Assembly (NCBI RefSeq): GCF_902459465.1
Contig: NW_022985740.1
Span: forward strand, 1-64,000
Direction of reading: 5' to 3'
DNA: 64,000 nucleotides
Origin: Asterias rubens
Taxonomy: Eukaryota
A program made the position numbers and the translations under genes. This document shows, piece by piece, positions 47,823-62,349 of the stretch. The notes under the pieces are model-generated. The model ran no database searches, was not told the origin of the DNA, and was given only the letters and a program-made list of their open reading frames with translations. Position 1 is the first letter of the stretch. Every line of letters starts with the position of its first letter.

Positions 47823-50800
47823 ATGGATGTTCAGCGTGGACATTGCTGGCGTTGTGAAGTTCAACTGGAACAGACCATTCACTGCCCTGATTGCAAGATG
47901 GCGGAGTATTGTAGCTCAATATGTGAACACAGAGACAGAGTTAGACATAGGAGTAGAGAGTGCCCGTTATTTGGAACAAGATCATGCAACACATGCAATA
48001 AGAAGGGTACAATGAAAGAGGTATGTTGTGAATTTGGAAAGTTCAAGACAAGATTCTCACATATTGTCATGAATGCTGAATATAAGTCAAGCTCAATTCC
48101 TTACATCATAAAACTTAATGTGATGAATTGGGGACTATGGGCCACTAGGTGGCAGCAGACATACCAGAGTCTAATAATTTACATTGTTAAAACACTGGGT
48201 AGATTTTTGCTGTTTATACACAGAGAGCAAGTTCTAGTGCAGACATTTAGCCGACTACTGACCAGAAACGAACATGCGCAGTGACGCACTCACTCGAAAG
48301 ACTCGTTTGGAACCTTAGTCAACCATCGGTACCACTGTATTCAACACTCCATTGCCTTCTGTGTTTTCGCTATAGTACCACTGGTTCCCTTCTGCCCTTT
48401 ACACATATTAGTATGGAACAGGCTGTTGGGACCAAGGAAGAAACCATGGGCATGAGGCTGGTTCCAAAAATGGTCTACCACAGCAGTCAACCAATGGTCG
48501 ACCAGCCTGGTTTTAGTAAAAAAAAGTCAATCTTTAGTTAACCTTGGTGCACAATCGAACTTGCTCATAGCCTTGGTAGAACGCCAGTATTCTCAAAACT
48601 ACAACTAACACCCTCAGAATAAAGGGAACAAAAGTTATAAACATTTTTTCATTGGTTTACCTCATTGAAACTGAATCTTCGTTCACGTTCCTTGAATATC
48701 ATACTTGCAGACTGTCTGGTTGAACAAATCTTTAAAATGTTTTGAGCACACTTTATTTTCATAAATAAAGTGAGAATTGGAGGGTTTTAAGACATCTATC
48801 AAAAACGTCTATTTTGATGACTCTTTTTTTAATTTAAGAAGTGTATCAAACATTCTCTATATCCTATCTAATGCGCTGCTTTCTTGACGTAGTGGCACTA
48901 TACAAATGCCCTATATGTATGTTTGTATGTATGACTCTGTGTGTAAATTAATATTATGTGCATCTAATTCATGTGCATGCTAAAAAATATGCACAACAAT
49001 GCGAAAAAAGGGCACAGTCTAGAAGAATGTTTCAAAAACTTTTCAAGCACCAAGAAAAGATTTGTTTGAAGGATCGTTTTTGTCAAACCTTATACTTTGA
49101 TAGCTTTGAAATACTGCATTGAAACTTCTTTTTTACAGTGGGGAGGTTGCAACATTACATGGTGCTATTGTTTAATGTTTTCTCTGGTTTTGATAAATAA
49201 CAATTGTGATTTTTTATTGGAAAAAAATGAATACACTAACCACTTCAAAATACTATCTATTTCTTTCAGTGTGGAGGTTGCAACATAGCATGGTACTGTA
49301 ACAGAGAGTGTCAAAGTAGTGATTGGGTCAACCATAAAGCTTTTTGCATCAAGGCCAAGGAAGACATCAAATCAACAGCAGCTCAAATTGGACTATTAAA
49401 CTTCAGAATGCAAAAAGAGGGTGGTTCCCCTTATTATTTGGGAAACACTATTGCCAAAGACTTCTTGCAACTCTCTAACAATGAGTGGTCTGATGGGTCA
49501 ATAAAGAAAACTGACTTGAATAAAGATTATCATATATTGTCAGCCGGTTGCGGAGACTTACGCAACACTGTCTTGACAGCAGCTTCCCTTCCTGCCAGGT
49601 ACCAAGGAAGTCTTTACATCACTCTCAATGACTTTGACCCTTTTGTCATGGCAAGGAATGTCTTGTTTCTCTTTATGTTGGTTCGGTTTGCAGACACTGA
49701 GGGAATTGAGAGCAGTCTGACTACCATCTGGTACTCAGTTCACATTACAAAGAAAGAGTATGACCTGATCAAGACCAGCTTGGATGAGCTCATTCAGATG
49801 ACCCCTCAAAGTCTCACAGAGGTCACTCAAGGGTTGGTCAAAGTTCAAGGTAAAGATCTTGCAGACATGAGTCAAGTTTGGGACAAATGGAGATCACTAG
49901 AATGCCAACGAAAGATACAATCCTCAATAAATCTCAGAAAACAAAGACAAACTGCATTTGAGAAATTTAAACAAAAGCATGGGGATAATGTGAGGTATTG
50001 TTATACCAATCCTTTACAGTCACCTGCTGTTAAAAAGCAAACTGAAGAATGGTTTGACCATGGTTTGTTCCTCCCCAAAGAGACGAAACAAGGGACAATG
50101 TCATTTGATAACCCAACACTAACGGGACGTGGAGCTTCAGCAGCTCCAGGTTATGAAACGCTAGTTAGGGATTGGAATGCACCAAAGGCAAGCCCAAAAG
50201 ATTTTGCCTTTGAGTACTGCATCAGACCAGATTCACATCCTTTCAAAGTGTGGGATTGCTTGAGAGTGAGGGAGTCCGAGACCAGACCCTACCCAACCCC
50301 TATGGTGATGTATCACAACTACATCACAAACCTGATACAGAAAGTCAAACATCTAATTCAGCAGAGAAGACTTTATATCCAAGTTTCTCTGGCCAATTCT
50401 ATGGACTTTCCTTCAATTCATAAGTCTCTTAAGATGTCCAACTATGACCGCATCTTCACATCCAATCTTGCTGACTATATTGGTTTTGGGAAGCTTCTAC
50501 AAACATTTAAACCCCTTCTAAACCAAAGTAACTGCTCCTCAGTAATTGTTACTGAAATAATAAACTGGATTGCATTTCTACCTCAGGCTCTCTGTAAACC
50601 TGAGCACAAAGAATATCAAAGATGTATTGTAGCATATTGTCTGGATACTGGCAGAGATTTAAAAAATCTTATGCGTAAATTTGATATTGGACTCCATACC
50701 TGGATGGACTACTATGATAGTTCCCCTTACTTTCTTGCATATCTGCGTGCACAAATTATGGGCGGGGGTTTCGGGGTACCACCATTGACTAAAGTGCCTT

Positions 50801-50964
50801 CATTTGGTGAAGTGATGAAGTACAATGGTCTAGAAATGCGTGACTTTCGTAAGAAGCTGAATCGTCTTGTTCCATTTCAGTATCGAGTCAATGCTCGTGA
50901 TTTGAACATTATAACTGCAACTGACAGAGCAGTGGAGTGGTATCTACCACACACTGATGGCTAA
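47823..50964 (+). CDS. Copy 6 (type C): tandem MYND / DUF4470-like protein, 630 aa
   Basis: Exons 47823-48020 and 49270-50964, phase 0, open. Confidence 0.87.
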
Positions 50965-52551
50965 GTTTAACAAAGCTTGGCGTATATTTATTGTTGATTT
51001 CTGATGTAAATCTTATTTTAATACCCCTTAAAAGATGCACCGTCACATAACAAGCAGTGATTGAGTGGGACTTTTGAAAATCAGATAAGTCTTATACACA
51101 GGAAATTACGGTAGCTAATATAATTTGACTAAATGAAACCTGTATCAACAACTACAGTAAAAAAAAAAGTCGAATCTCTGCAACAAAATAGCTGTAGACT
51201 TGAATTTTTGTTTTGAAGTTTTTGGCTTTTGGAGAAATACAATGATGTATGCGTAATACATTAGTATGCCTGATGAATAGTGTCATTAATTGCAATTGCC
51301 TCATTAATTGCAATTGCTTAATAAAAAATTGTATTAAATTATAGATTTGGTAGCCGATTCAATACTAAATTAAGCTACACTTACTCATAATTTGTGTTGA
51401 TTGGGAGTGTAATGACGTGGCAACTGAAATAGTTTTTGGACTTGATTTGTTTATTTGCTCTATGTAAAATACTTGTTTACAATGAGTTTTTTAACTATTA
51501 ACCATGATCATTTATTAATATTAAATTGTAGTGAAATGAAAATAGTTTTACTCTGGCCGCACTGCCATGCTTTTTATGGCACCGGCCACATTTACAAATT
51601 TGAGTTTTAAAAATCAATCTGCCAAGCTTTTCTCCCAACTTTTTTTTTTAAGTTCATGCATTTTATGAGTGTTCAAATGCAATCTTTATAATTATTGGTA
51701 AAAATAGTCAGGAGGAAAAGGCAAAAAGGAACATCTCAGAACATCACCATGATCACAAAGCATGTCCAAGCAATATTTTTGTGGCCCTTAGGCAGGCCCT
51801 GGACCCCACAGAGGCACCCCCTCCCTCCCCCATCCCTTCAGTGCCGGCCAAGCTTAAATTTCTAAAACACAGAGCAAGTGGCAGAACTCATCAATTTCTT
51901 TATAGGTGCCAATGGACCAACTTCAAAGCTGAATTCATAAATACTTTTTGTTCAATACAAGAAATAGAAGAAATGACAAATGAAAACAAAGACTTTTTTC
52001 CCTTCAGATTTTCTCTTAGAAACGCTATGTCAAGCAACAAAGCAACGCTCAGTAGCATGCCTCTATCAGTGATAACCAACAATCGGATGTGGTATTGAAG
52101 CAGCATATGAGATTAATTCACATCTCTTGAACACATCTGACTCTTTTCTATGAATCTGTTGTAGTTTTTTCCTTTAAAAACAACAATAATTTGACTTTTT
52201 CCACTCAAAACCAATGATGTACCATCCCTTTAGAATCTTTCATTGTTATTGTAGTAAATTATATGGAATCAGCAGTCAATTACATGTCAATATTTTGAAT
52301 AGAAATTATTCTCATGAGACGCAAGTTACAAGCATGCTTGAATGTTTGCATAAAATTACGTAGGAAAAATATTTTGTTCAGAAAAAGTAATTATTTAAGG
52401 AATTAATAAATTAGACTGTGTAATAAGAAGGCAGTCAGTTATTGATGAGGATAAAGTGAGAAGCTGCTGAATATATGAGAATAAAATATAAAGGTCTTTG
52501 TCAATCAATTAACAATTTTCTTGATTGTTCATTCTGGCTCGACTTTGTCAA

Positions 52552-52815
52552 AGAATTTGGGTACTTTTTGTAGGACACAAAACACATACCAGTTCTGGTA
52601 AACACATTGTAAGCTAAAACATTATTTTCATCTCACTGAGACGCAAACTAATTTTGTCACATTGTTTTACTCATTTCTCAAACACTACAGCACCTCAGCG
52701 AGTTATAATTTAAGGAAAGCTTTCTACCATTATATCTTCAAGCCGTGCAAGTTTAATGTAAATCTGTGGACATTGTGTTTTGTGTTCCAAAAGTACCCTC
52801 AAAGAGTATGTTTGA
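52552..52815. mobile_element. MITE family C-related fragment
   Basis: AGAATTTGGGTACTTTTTGTAGGACA... and ...AATGTAAATCTGTGGACATT... match the element at 10247. Right end uncertain. Confidence 0.5.
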
Positions 52816-53001
52816 AACGTTACATAAACATATCAACAAAACGGCAAAAACCAAGCTTTGGTGATAATGTAGCATTTACTTTTCAAAAGTCAATTTGACA
52901 CTAATAACAACTCCTTATTTGGGTACAGATTATGACTGGGGTGGCAGTATTAAATTGTCCATGGTGGCGCTATACAGTCCAGATGGTAAATTATACTGAA
53001 A

Positions 53002-53085
53002 GGGGAATTCCCAGCACAGTGCAATGGCATTGTGCAATAAATGTGCAATAAATGTGCAATGGCATTGTGCAATAAATGTGCAACA
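53002..53085 (+). promoter_or_regulatory. Candidate kappaB site plus C/EBP-like repeats upstream of copy 7
   Basis: GGGGAATTCCC at 53002-53012; ATTGTGCAAT at 53029 and 53064 within a TGTGCAAT tandem array. Motif match only. Confidence 0.4.
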
Positions 53086-53625
53086 ATTTCCCAGTCACAC
53101 AAGGGAACTTCACGACATGTGTGAAGCTTCAATTCCATTTGCCACACCCTTGACATTCTGTTCAGTTCTCATTTAAACCAAACATAGACTTCTCTGATTT
53201 GAGGACTCAACTCCAGTTTTGTTTAAAGAATCATAAAAGGTGAGTACAATTTTTTTTAAACATTCGTTTTGAGGTTTTATTTTATTTTAATTAACGACTG
53301 CTGAATGTTGAATTACTTTAACTAATACAAAAATATTTGAACATATTTTCAGAATTTCTGAACTTGTATCAGAACCATACATCGAACAGTAAATCTTTTT
53401 AAAAACCTTTTGGTACTGGCAGGTAAATTTCCATTATTCCTGATCAAGATATACATAACATTAAATCTTCTAAAAAACAACTGAGAAAATATTTCAAAAC
53501 TCTGATTGATAAAATAACAATAAAACTTTACAAAATGGCCAACCAGTGACAAAGAACCAAATTTATCCTTCCAATATAGAGATATTTTGCTCAATTTCCC
53601 CTATCTTTGTTTCTTAGAAATAAAC

Positions 53626-56156
53626 ATGGACGTTCAGTGTGGACATTGCTGGCGTTGTGAAGTTCAACTGGAACAGACCATTCAATGCCCCGATTGCAAG
53701 ATGGCAGAGTATTGTAGCACAACATGTGAACACAGAGACAGAGTTAGACATAGGAGTAGAGAGTGCCCGTTATTTGGAACAAGATCATGCAACAAATGCA
53801 AAAAGAAGGGTACAATGAAAGAGGTATGTCTGCTTTAATTTCCATCATTATCCCCTAATCATTTACAAAAAAGGCAATTTACATATAATGCTCTGTTGAT
53901 TTTGTTGCAAAAGAGAGGAATCATTCTCTAAATGTATTGTAAAACGAAACTTGGCAAACTGTTTTACTATGTTTCTTACTAAAGGCAGTGGACACTATTA
54001 GTAATTACTCAAAATAATTATTATCATAAAACCTCACTTGGTAATGAGTAATGGGGAGAGATGTTGATAGTATAAAACATTGTGAGAAAGGGCTCCCTCT
54101 GAAGTGACAAAGTTTTTGAGAAAGACGTAATTTTCCATAAATTTGATTTCGAGACCTCAAGTTTAGAATTTGAGGTCTCGAAATCAAGCATCTGAAAGCA
54201 CACAACTTCGTCTGACAAGGGTTTTTTGTTTTTTCATAGTTATCTCGCAACTTTGACGACCAATTGAGCTTGAATGTTCACAGGTGTGTTATTTTATGTT
54301 AATGTTAAGATACAAAAAGTGAGAAGACTGGTCTTTGACAATTACCAATAGTGTCCACTGTTTTTAAGAAATGTTGTTGTCTCTTGCACAAAAACTAGGA
54401 GGAGGATTCATAACAAAGAGATTTAAAATTACACATGGAAAAGTAACAAATTCTCTAACAAAGAGTTGATATATTTTATTCTGCTATAATGTCTTTTCAG
54501 TGTGCACGTTGCAACTATGCATGGTACTGTAACAGAGAGTGTCAAACAAGTGATTGGGCCAATCATAAGGCGGAATGCAAGGAGACAAAGGCAACAAATA
54601 AAAAATTAGCAGCTCTTTTAAGAGAAGAATACACTTCAATGCGTACTGACAGACTTGATAATTTCCCTTATTATTTTGGAAACTGCATTGCTAAAGACTT
54701 CTTGCAACTTGCTAACAATGAATGGTCTGATGGGTCAATAAAGGAAACTGACAGGGATTTTCATATATTGTCAGCTGGTTGCGGAGACTTACGCAACACT
54801 GTCTTGACAGCAGCTTCCCTCCCTGCCAGGTACCAGGGAAGTCTTTACATCACTCTCAATGACTTTGACCCTTTTGTCATGGCAAGGAATGTCTTGTTTC
54901 TCTTTATGTTGGTTCGGTTTGCAGACACTGAGGGAATTGAGAGCAGTCTGACTACCATCTGGTACTCAGTTCACATTACAAAGAAAGAGTATGACTTGAT
55001 CAAGACCAGCTTGGATGAGCTCATTCAGATGACCCCTGAAGGTCTCCAAGAGGTCACTCAAGGGTTGGTCAAAGTTCAAGGTGAAGATCTTGCAGTCATG
55101 AGTCAAGTTTGGGACGAATGGAGATCACTTGAATGCCAACGAGGGAAACGATCCTCAATCAATCTCAGAAAACAAAGACAAACTGTACTTGATAAATCGA
55201 AAAAAGAAATTGAACAAGAGCATGGTAAGGGCCAAGTATTACGTTATACAAATCATTTAGAGTCATCCAGTGCTGAAAAGCAATTTGAAGAATGGTTTGA
55301 CCATGGGATGTTCCTCCCCAAAAAAGAAAAACAAGAACTAATGTCATATGATAATCCGACACTAACAGGGCGTGAAGCTGATCTCCCAATCACTAAAAAG
55401 CAGAGCCCAAAGGATTATGCCTTTGTGTACTGTATCAGCACGTTTTTCCATCCCTTCAGAGTGTGGGATTGCTTGAGAGTGAGGGAGTCTGAGACCAGAC
55501 CCTACCCAACCCCTATGGAAATGTACCACAATTATATCACAAAACTACTAAAGAAGGTAAAAAGTTTCATCCAGAATGGAAGACTTTTTATTCAAGTCTC
55601 ACTGGCCAATTGTATGGACTTTCCTTCAGTACATAATGCTCTGAAGATGCCAAACTATGATCGTATCTTCACATCCAATATTGCCGACTATGTTGGGTTT
55701 GCCAAGCTCCTGCAAGACTTCAAACCACTTCTTAATTCTAGTAATCACTACTCAGTACTTATTACTGAGACAATGAACTGGGCAGATTTTATACATGAAC
55801 CTAAGGACACAACAGACTATAAACCTTGCATGAAATCATACTGCCTGGATACAGACCGGGATTATAATGACCTTAACACTGGACCTTTCATCTGGATGGA
55901 ATACTTTGATAATTCCCCTATCTTTCTTGCATATCTGCGTGCACAAATCATGGCAGGGGGTGTTGGGGTGCAGCCATTGACTTATTTGCCATCATTTGGT
56001 GAAGTGATGAAGTACAATGGCCTAGAAATGCGTGACTTTCGTAAGAAGCTGAATCGTCTTGTCCCATTTCATCATCGAGTGAATAATCGTGATTTGACCC
56101 TGATCAATGTAACAGACAGAGCAGTGGAGTGGTGTCTGCCACATTCTGATGGCTAA
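53626..56156 (+). CDS. Copy 7 (type A): tandem MYND / DUF4470-like protein, 617 aa
   Basis: Exons 53626-53823 and 54501-56156, phase 0, open. The only intact type-A copy. Confidence 0.88.
53983..54363. mobile_element. MITE family A in copy 7 intron
   Basis: Same site as the copies at 1143 and 33170; left flank CTAA. Confidence 0.85.
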
Positions 56157-56276
56157 GTTCAAAGAAGTTTGACATTTAACTTAGATCGATATCTAATCTA
56201 ATCTAATCAGGTGCATGGACAATGTAGATCTAACTTGACTCACATAACTGTCAAGGAATATTTAATGAGGATTTGA

Positions 56277-56626
56277 AGCCATTGGACCCTTTCTGTACAG
56301 AAAAAAAAAATTCACAGATTTACAAATAACTTACAGGGTTTACAGAAGGTAGTGGTGAAAGACTTCTTTTGAAATATTATTCCATGAAATGCTTTACTTT
56401 TTGAGAAAACAGTCAAACAATATCAATTCTCGTATGGATTTATTTTAAACACATGTCATGACACGGTGAAACGTGCGGATACAAGGGTGGGTTTTCCCGT
56501 TATTTTCTCCCGACTCCGATGACCGATTGAGCCTAAATTTTCACAGGATTGTTATTTGATATAGAAGTTGTGATACACAAAGTGTGGGCCTTGGACAATA
56601 CTGTTTACCGAAAGTGTCCAATGGCT
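56277..56626. mobile_element. MITE family B
   Basis: Same site as the copies at 3486 and 35524. Confidence 0.85.
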
Positions 56627-58948
56627 TTAAGTGGTAAATGTGGATTGAAGTAGTTTTTAGCTTTAAATATAGATATAGAGCTTGTAAGCGCTTAGCACAC
56701 AAATCAAATTGTGTTTCCATCCAAAAGCCTCAAAAGTATGCATGGCACCTGGGTCTTTTTTTCCATTCAGTCACATGCAAGTTAAAATTTCAGCCAGCTA
56801 ATTGTTTGATTGTTTTGGGGGTTTTACTAAGAAGCATTTGTGTGTTTGATTGTTTTTCAGTTGATTGCTCAACTGTTTTGGGTGTTTTCGAAGCATTTTA
56901 TTGTTTTATACAAAATGTTTAAAGGCAAAGTATACTTTTGAAAAGTAAACTTTGCTATTAAATATTTTGTAACAATAACATCAAAGTCTTATATAGTGCA
57001 CGTATCTACCAAACAAGGTACTCAAGGCGCTGAGTATATACAAACTTTCAGAAAGATAGGTTATTGCAGTGATGAATAGCAATATCAAATCATTCCTGTA
57101 CATTAGTTGAAAGAACTTGATTCATTACTGTTAGCTTAAGTTACAAACACTGCTTGTATGTAAGTAAATACATGTATTAACGCTTTATTTGGAATAAACA
57201 AAGAATTTTGTAAGAATGTGTAAAAAAGAATGCATCATGTACAATAAAAATAAAAGCTGATCAAAGAATTAATACATTGCAGCTGTTACAATTTTGTGAC
57301 AATTGTGCCATTCCATCTTGTTCACCAAAAGTGTATATGCATATATATTAAAACAATATTCATAAATACCAAGGATCCATTCTGTATGGTCGAGAGGAGA
57401 TCACATGGGCATGTTTAAATGTGTGAAATAAACATTGTGAGAAGTGTTTCAACATAATGCGTGGCATGCAAGAATTTACAGGTGCTTATACTATGCTTCA
57501 TGCCATCAATACAAACTGGTACTCTGTACTTGGTAAGCATCGAGTATCACATTTAATTTGACCAATTTCAAAGTGGTGCCCAAGGATGCGACAGAAAATG
57601 AAATTGTACAGTTTTTTTTTTTTTTGGGGGGGAGGGGGGGATTTTCTATCATTACCACACTTTTTAATAAAAAGAACAATTATGAATGGAAATAAAAAGT
57701 GGTGCCACAGTACTTACTAGCCGTTTAAGAACCTGCAGGCTCATGGCTAGGGATAAAGGAACTTGCCTTCAACTTGGTCCGTTATGAAATGGCTATGACC
57801 CTGTTGTTTTAAATGGTTTGAACCCCACTCTTTTATTACCATATTAAACAAAAATAAGATCAAATGGGAACTGTTTTGCAACCCTAGGTGGCAGCAGACT
57901 TACCAGGTGAATCCATTGTTCTAGACAAATATATAAGCATGCTCAGAACTACATAAACAATGGAAGTTTACCCAGTAAATCCGCTGCCCTCTACCATCTC
58001 AAATTAACATTCAGCCTATCACAGAATTCTTTTTCAATTATACTAAAATTCAAAACGGCTATTGAGGATGGCTTCAAAACTGTTAAAATCATTTATTAAT
58101 TGCTGTGAACTACTTGTAAATGTATGTGCAGTACCCGGTAGGCCTTCTCCTAGTACTTTTCATACATTACACAGAACAGTGACCTTGAAAGTGCTAACTT
58201 TACTGCTGGAAAAAAACTTTGACAACAAAGTGAAAAATATGTTTGGTAACGGACAGTTACCCTTCTGTGGCCTACTTCGGAACCATAAGCCTTTTGAGGT
58301 ATGGCGGAAGTGATTTGGTTTGTGTGTAGCGCGCGCGTCACCCGCGGCGACTGATGCCACGCTCACCATGTTGGTGGGCAATAGGTTTACGTTCTATTTC
58401 TATGGTCAATAGACCAATCTAGGCACGCACCGGGCGCGCAAGTGTTGAGCACCAGTTCAACTTTTGTTGTTGTTGCTGGATTAAAAACATTGACAACAAA
58501 GTGAAAAATGTGTTTACTTCGAAACCATAGCTTGGCTTCAGCTACCACGTACGATCACTCAGTTATTTTGAAAACATGCCATTTTAGTATGGGACTTCAA
58601 ATAGGCAGGCAGAGCACTGCAGCCAGAGCCAAAGCCATATGTTTATATTATATTAAAAGCCATTGACTCCCAAAATGGTGCATCAAGATTATTGTGATGA
58701 TGACATCAGTTGAATGGGGTCAATGCGTATGCCACCCTTGGCTAGAGGTAAAAAAGAAGGCTGCTCCTGAAGTGTTTGAGTTACATTTGCTGGAAGTGTT
58801 CATGCCAGCTTCTAACTTCTTGTGTTTAACTTGATTATTCATATCTTGTGTTGTATTTCCTGTAAGTGAATTTGCTTCAATTTTGATTTGTGAATCAAAT
58901 TACTTTATTTTGTGGTTTTAAATACTGGAATAAAAGGGTAGCAACAAG

Positions 58949-59062
58949 TTCTTAATCGGCCTTTTAAAACCAACTGGGTCGTGGCCATGCGATAAAGGCC
59001 CAAGCCGTGGGCCTTTATCACACGGCCACAACCCTGCAAGGTTTTAAACGGCCGGTTAAGAA
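58949..59062. repeat. ~114-bp foldback element
   Basis: Copy of 6120-6233 in the duplicated flank. Confidence 0.75.
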
Positions 59063-60248
59063 TGAGTCACTACTCTTTTATTCCCATTCATGAATCCATG
59101 TGCGAGTCCTGGTACTGACAGCCCTAACTTTGCAAGCTTTGCTTCTAAATTGTCACGGTGTATGTAAGAATGACTGTTTAATGTATTTTGGTTTTTTTTC
59201 CTAATGAAGAGTTATTTACTAAGTGATCTTTGAACTACGGTGTAGTGTGTTTAGCTCAGTTTTTAGTCTATTTTTTTAATAGTTGGGACTGGTTTTTATT
59301 TTATTTTTTAGTTCAGATCAGTTTTGGGTATGCTTTAAGTTTGTTTTATAAGAATCATCTATTTGAATAAAAGTCTTTGAACAGCAGGAAATCAGAACAG
59401 ACAATAATTTTGTGTGCATCTGTAGTGTCGTTTAAGTTTACCCTCTGTTGAACTCTGTGTGAAACCACACCAAATATCCAGAGGCTGGATTATACAGCAT
59501 TATTATTATTATTTCATTTAACCACAGCATGCAAAGGAAGATCAAAATTTCTTTTGTGCCTTTACCTCCTAGAGTCAGGCAATGTTAAAATGCGGGATAC
59601 TTACATGATGAGATCATGTTTTAAACAAACGCCTTGCGTGCAGGAGCTAACTTACATGTATGCACAAAGCAGTCAATACATAGGCTGGTTGTCAAATTAA
59701 AAATCTGTTAGTATGCGCGCGCATGCACAGCCGTAGTTGTAGCATGCAGTTAGACCCTTCGCAAAACAGAGCCAGAGGAAGCGACAGAAAATGAAATTTA
59801 CAGGAAAGTTTTGAAGATTTTTTCATCATTATTACGCCTTTTAACATAAAGGGTTTTATGAATGGGAAATAAAGAGTAGTAATTCTGTATAACCGGACAT
59901 TTAAAACTTTGCAGGGTCATCGCTACAAGAGAGGAACTCACCTTTTGTCTGTTTAAAACTGCTGGTATAAGAATGAGTTCAAATGGAAACCTTTTCGCAA
60001 CACTAGGTGGCAGCAGACTTATCAGGTAAATCCATTATTCTAGACAGAGTGTGCACATGCTCAGAGCTACAGAAACAACGGAATACTACCTGGTATGTCT
60101 CCTGCCAGGTACCGTCCCAAAGTTACATTGAGCCTAGCAGAGAAACTATTTTAAATTATATTTCAAATTGTCTAAATCACTGCCTCAATAAATTCAAATG
60201 TATTTTCCTGAAGTGGATTTCTTAAAAAAGAAAGAAAGAACAAATTAT

Positions 60249-60335
60249 TTGAGCGTTCAGGTTTTTCGAGGACATTGCTGGCTTTGTAAGGTTTATGTTG
60301 AACAGACCATTCATCATCCTGATTGCGGAGATGTG
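60249..60335 (+). pseudogene. Degenerate exon-1 relic
   Basis: Matches 7325-7411 (VQVFRGHCWLCKVYVEQTIHHPDC). Confidence 0.8.
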
Positions 60336-60429
60336 CAATTCAGTGTCTTAACTGCAACATGTCTTTCATTAATTTGCGTACAGTTTAAAACCAAAGGTCA
60401 TTACCAGATAAAATTGATCCTTTGCATAT

Positions 60430-60810
60430 GGGCAATTCCATGGTCAGTCGCATTACACTTTTCTGTGTCATTTTTTGATCTTGGTGCTAATAGTTCTATG
60501 TGAGATACTATTTCCACTAAGTTTAAAGACTGATTTGTACTTGACACCCATGGCTTTGAATTGATGATATTAGAAATGTTGTGGGCTTTGTGCTCTGGGT
60601 GTTATAACATTGTAAAAAGCGGTCAGTCGCATTACACAAAAAGAACATGGTAAAAAATACACTAGTTACAATTCAAAAGTTTCCTCTAACTAAACTCTTA
60701 TACATGAGTATCCAACAGGATACTTATAAATGGTCAGGAACTTGAACTTTTAGGAATACATGGGAAAACCATGGTCAGTCGCATTACCGTCAGTCGCATT
60801 ACAGTTTTCC
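60430..60810. mobile_element. Probable DNA-transposon end with 14-bp repeats
   Basis: Begins GGGCAATTCCATG; GTCAGTCGCATTAC occurs at 60443, 60622, 60774 and 60789. Other end not found. Confidence 0.45.
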
Positions 60811-61462
60811 AGACAATGTAGCCACGCCTACAGCCCAAGCTGAGTTCTTATTTGGCAAAATTGGGTTCATTCCTTGTCAACAACTAAAAAATAAACTGGT
60901 TTCATATGTTACCTATAACTTCTAAGTGGAAAGAAAGTTGTGACAAAAATTTTATTTTTTGGTGTCATGTCCATGTTTGCTTGGAATTGCCCATATGAAT
61001 CCTTTATGCAACTTGATCAAACACTTCAAAGTGTATTTCACATCTGGGAACTTCCCTTCACATTGCAAATACATTTATGCATTGTTAATAATTAGATCTC
61101 TGACACTTAGATCCGCTATCCTCACAAAACAAATAGAGAGTTCTTCACACTTGACAAAACATTTTTGTGTGTGCAAGGCAGTGGCAACAGGTAAGATCAA
61201 GGTCTAATTTTTGCAGCAATGTATTTAATGTAGACGGAGACAGAACATATCACAGTGATAACCGGACAGAGCTGATGTAGGATCCCTTTGTGGATTTACT
61301 CCAAAGAACTACCGTTAGTGGTTATTTTAAAGGGTGAGTTTCACTGTAATCTAAAATTGATTATGGCTAACAACTTGTCTCTAGTCCCACGAAGTGACCT
61401 ATCTTTAAAAAAAAAAATTATAAAAACTGTTAACATAATCCTTCATGTTAACATTTTTAGCA

Positions 61463-61641
61463 AGCTGGTTTATACTAACTGAGAATGCGATGCGAATTTG
61501 ACGTGAATTTGACCTCACAACTCTATTTTCGCAGCGATATTGGCAAGAGAATTGAGCGCACCGCAACTGCTGCGAATTATTCGTTGCGAATATGTGACGT
61601 CAACATTCATATTGCATTCGCAGGAAGTATGAACCAGGCTT
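61463..61641. mobile_element. ~180-bp MITE
   Basis: TIR AG(C)CTGGTT(T/C)ATACT. Absent from the homologous region upstream of copy 5 (~39145). Confidence 0.6.
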
Positions 61642-62194
61642 TATACGCAATAATTTTGTGTTCCTACGAAGTAATCTATCATAACACGTCCTTTCACTTA
61701 TGACTTACTAGTGCTACAGTACAGTTCGAAACTCGCATGTTTGACTTTCGTGTTTTCATGAAGTGACATATCTGTCAGATATATTGAAGTGTAGTGTTTC
61801 CATTAAGTGCAAGTGACTATGTGAGTGCATTGGAGTCTCTCTATTTACAAAGTCTAGGGGGGAAAAAAATATATAAAAAAATCAACATTATTTGAGTGAT
61901 TAATTATGTTCATTTTGTTTCTCTCTTGTATGTTAGAAACAAACATGGATGTTCAGCGAGGACATTGCTGGCGCTGCGAAGTTCAACTGGAACAGACCGT
62001 TCACTGTCCTGATTGCAAGATGGCAACGTATTGTAGCTCAATATGTGAACACAGAGACAGAGAAAGACATAGGAGTAGAGAGTGCCCGTTATTTGCAATA
62101 AATGCAATAAGGAGGGTATCATGAAAGAGGTATGTCTGCTCAAACCTCTATCCGCACTTCTTATTTTAAAAAGAAAATTAATAACATTGCTTAA

Positions 62195-62349
62195 AGCCAT
62201 TGGACCCTTTCGGTAAACAGTATTGTCCAAGGCCCACACTTCGTGTATCACAACTTATATATAAAATAACAAACCTGTGAAAATTTAGGCTCAATTGGTC
62301 ATCAGAGTCGGGAGAAAATTAACGGGAAAACCCACCCTTGTTTCCGCAC
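62195..62349. mobile_element. Truncated MITE family B in copy 8 intron
   Basis: TTAA + AGCCATTGGACCCTTTCGGTAAACAG..., reverse orientation, breaks off near 62349. Confidence 0.75.

Noticed and set aside
60443-60802. CRISPR-like direct repeats (GTCAGTCGCATTAC x4)
   Set aside because: Only 14 bp, irregular spacing, eukaryotic context, no cas genes; better explained as transposon subterminal repeats.
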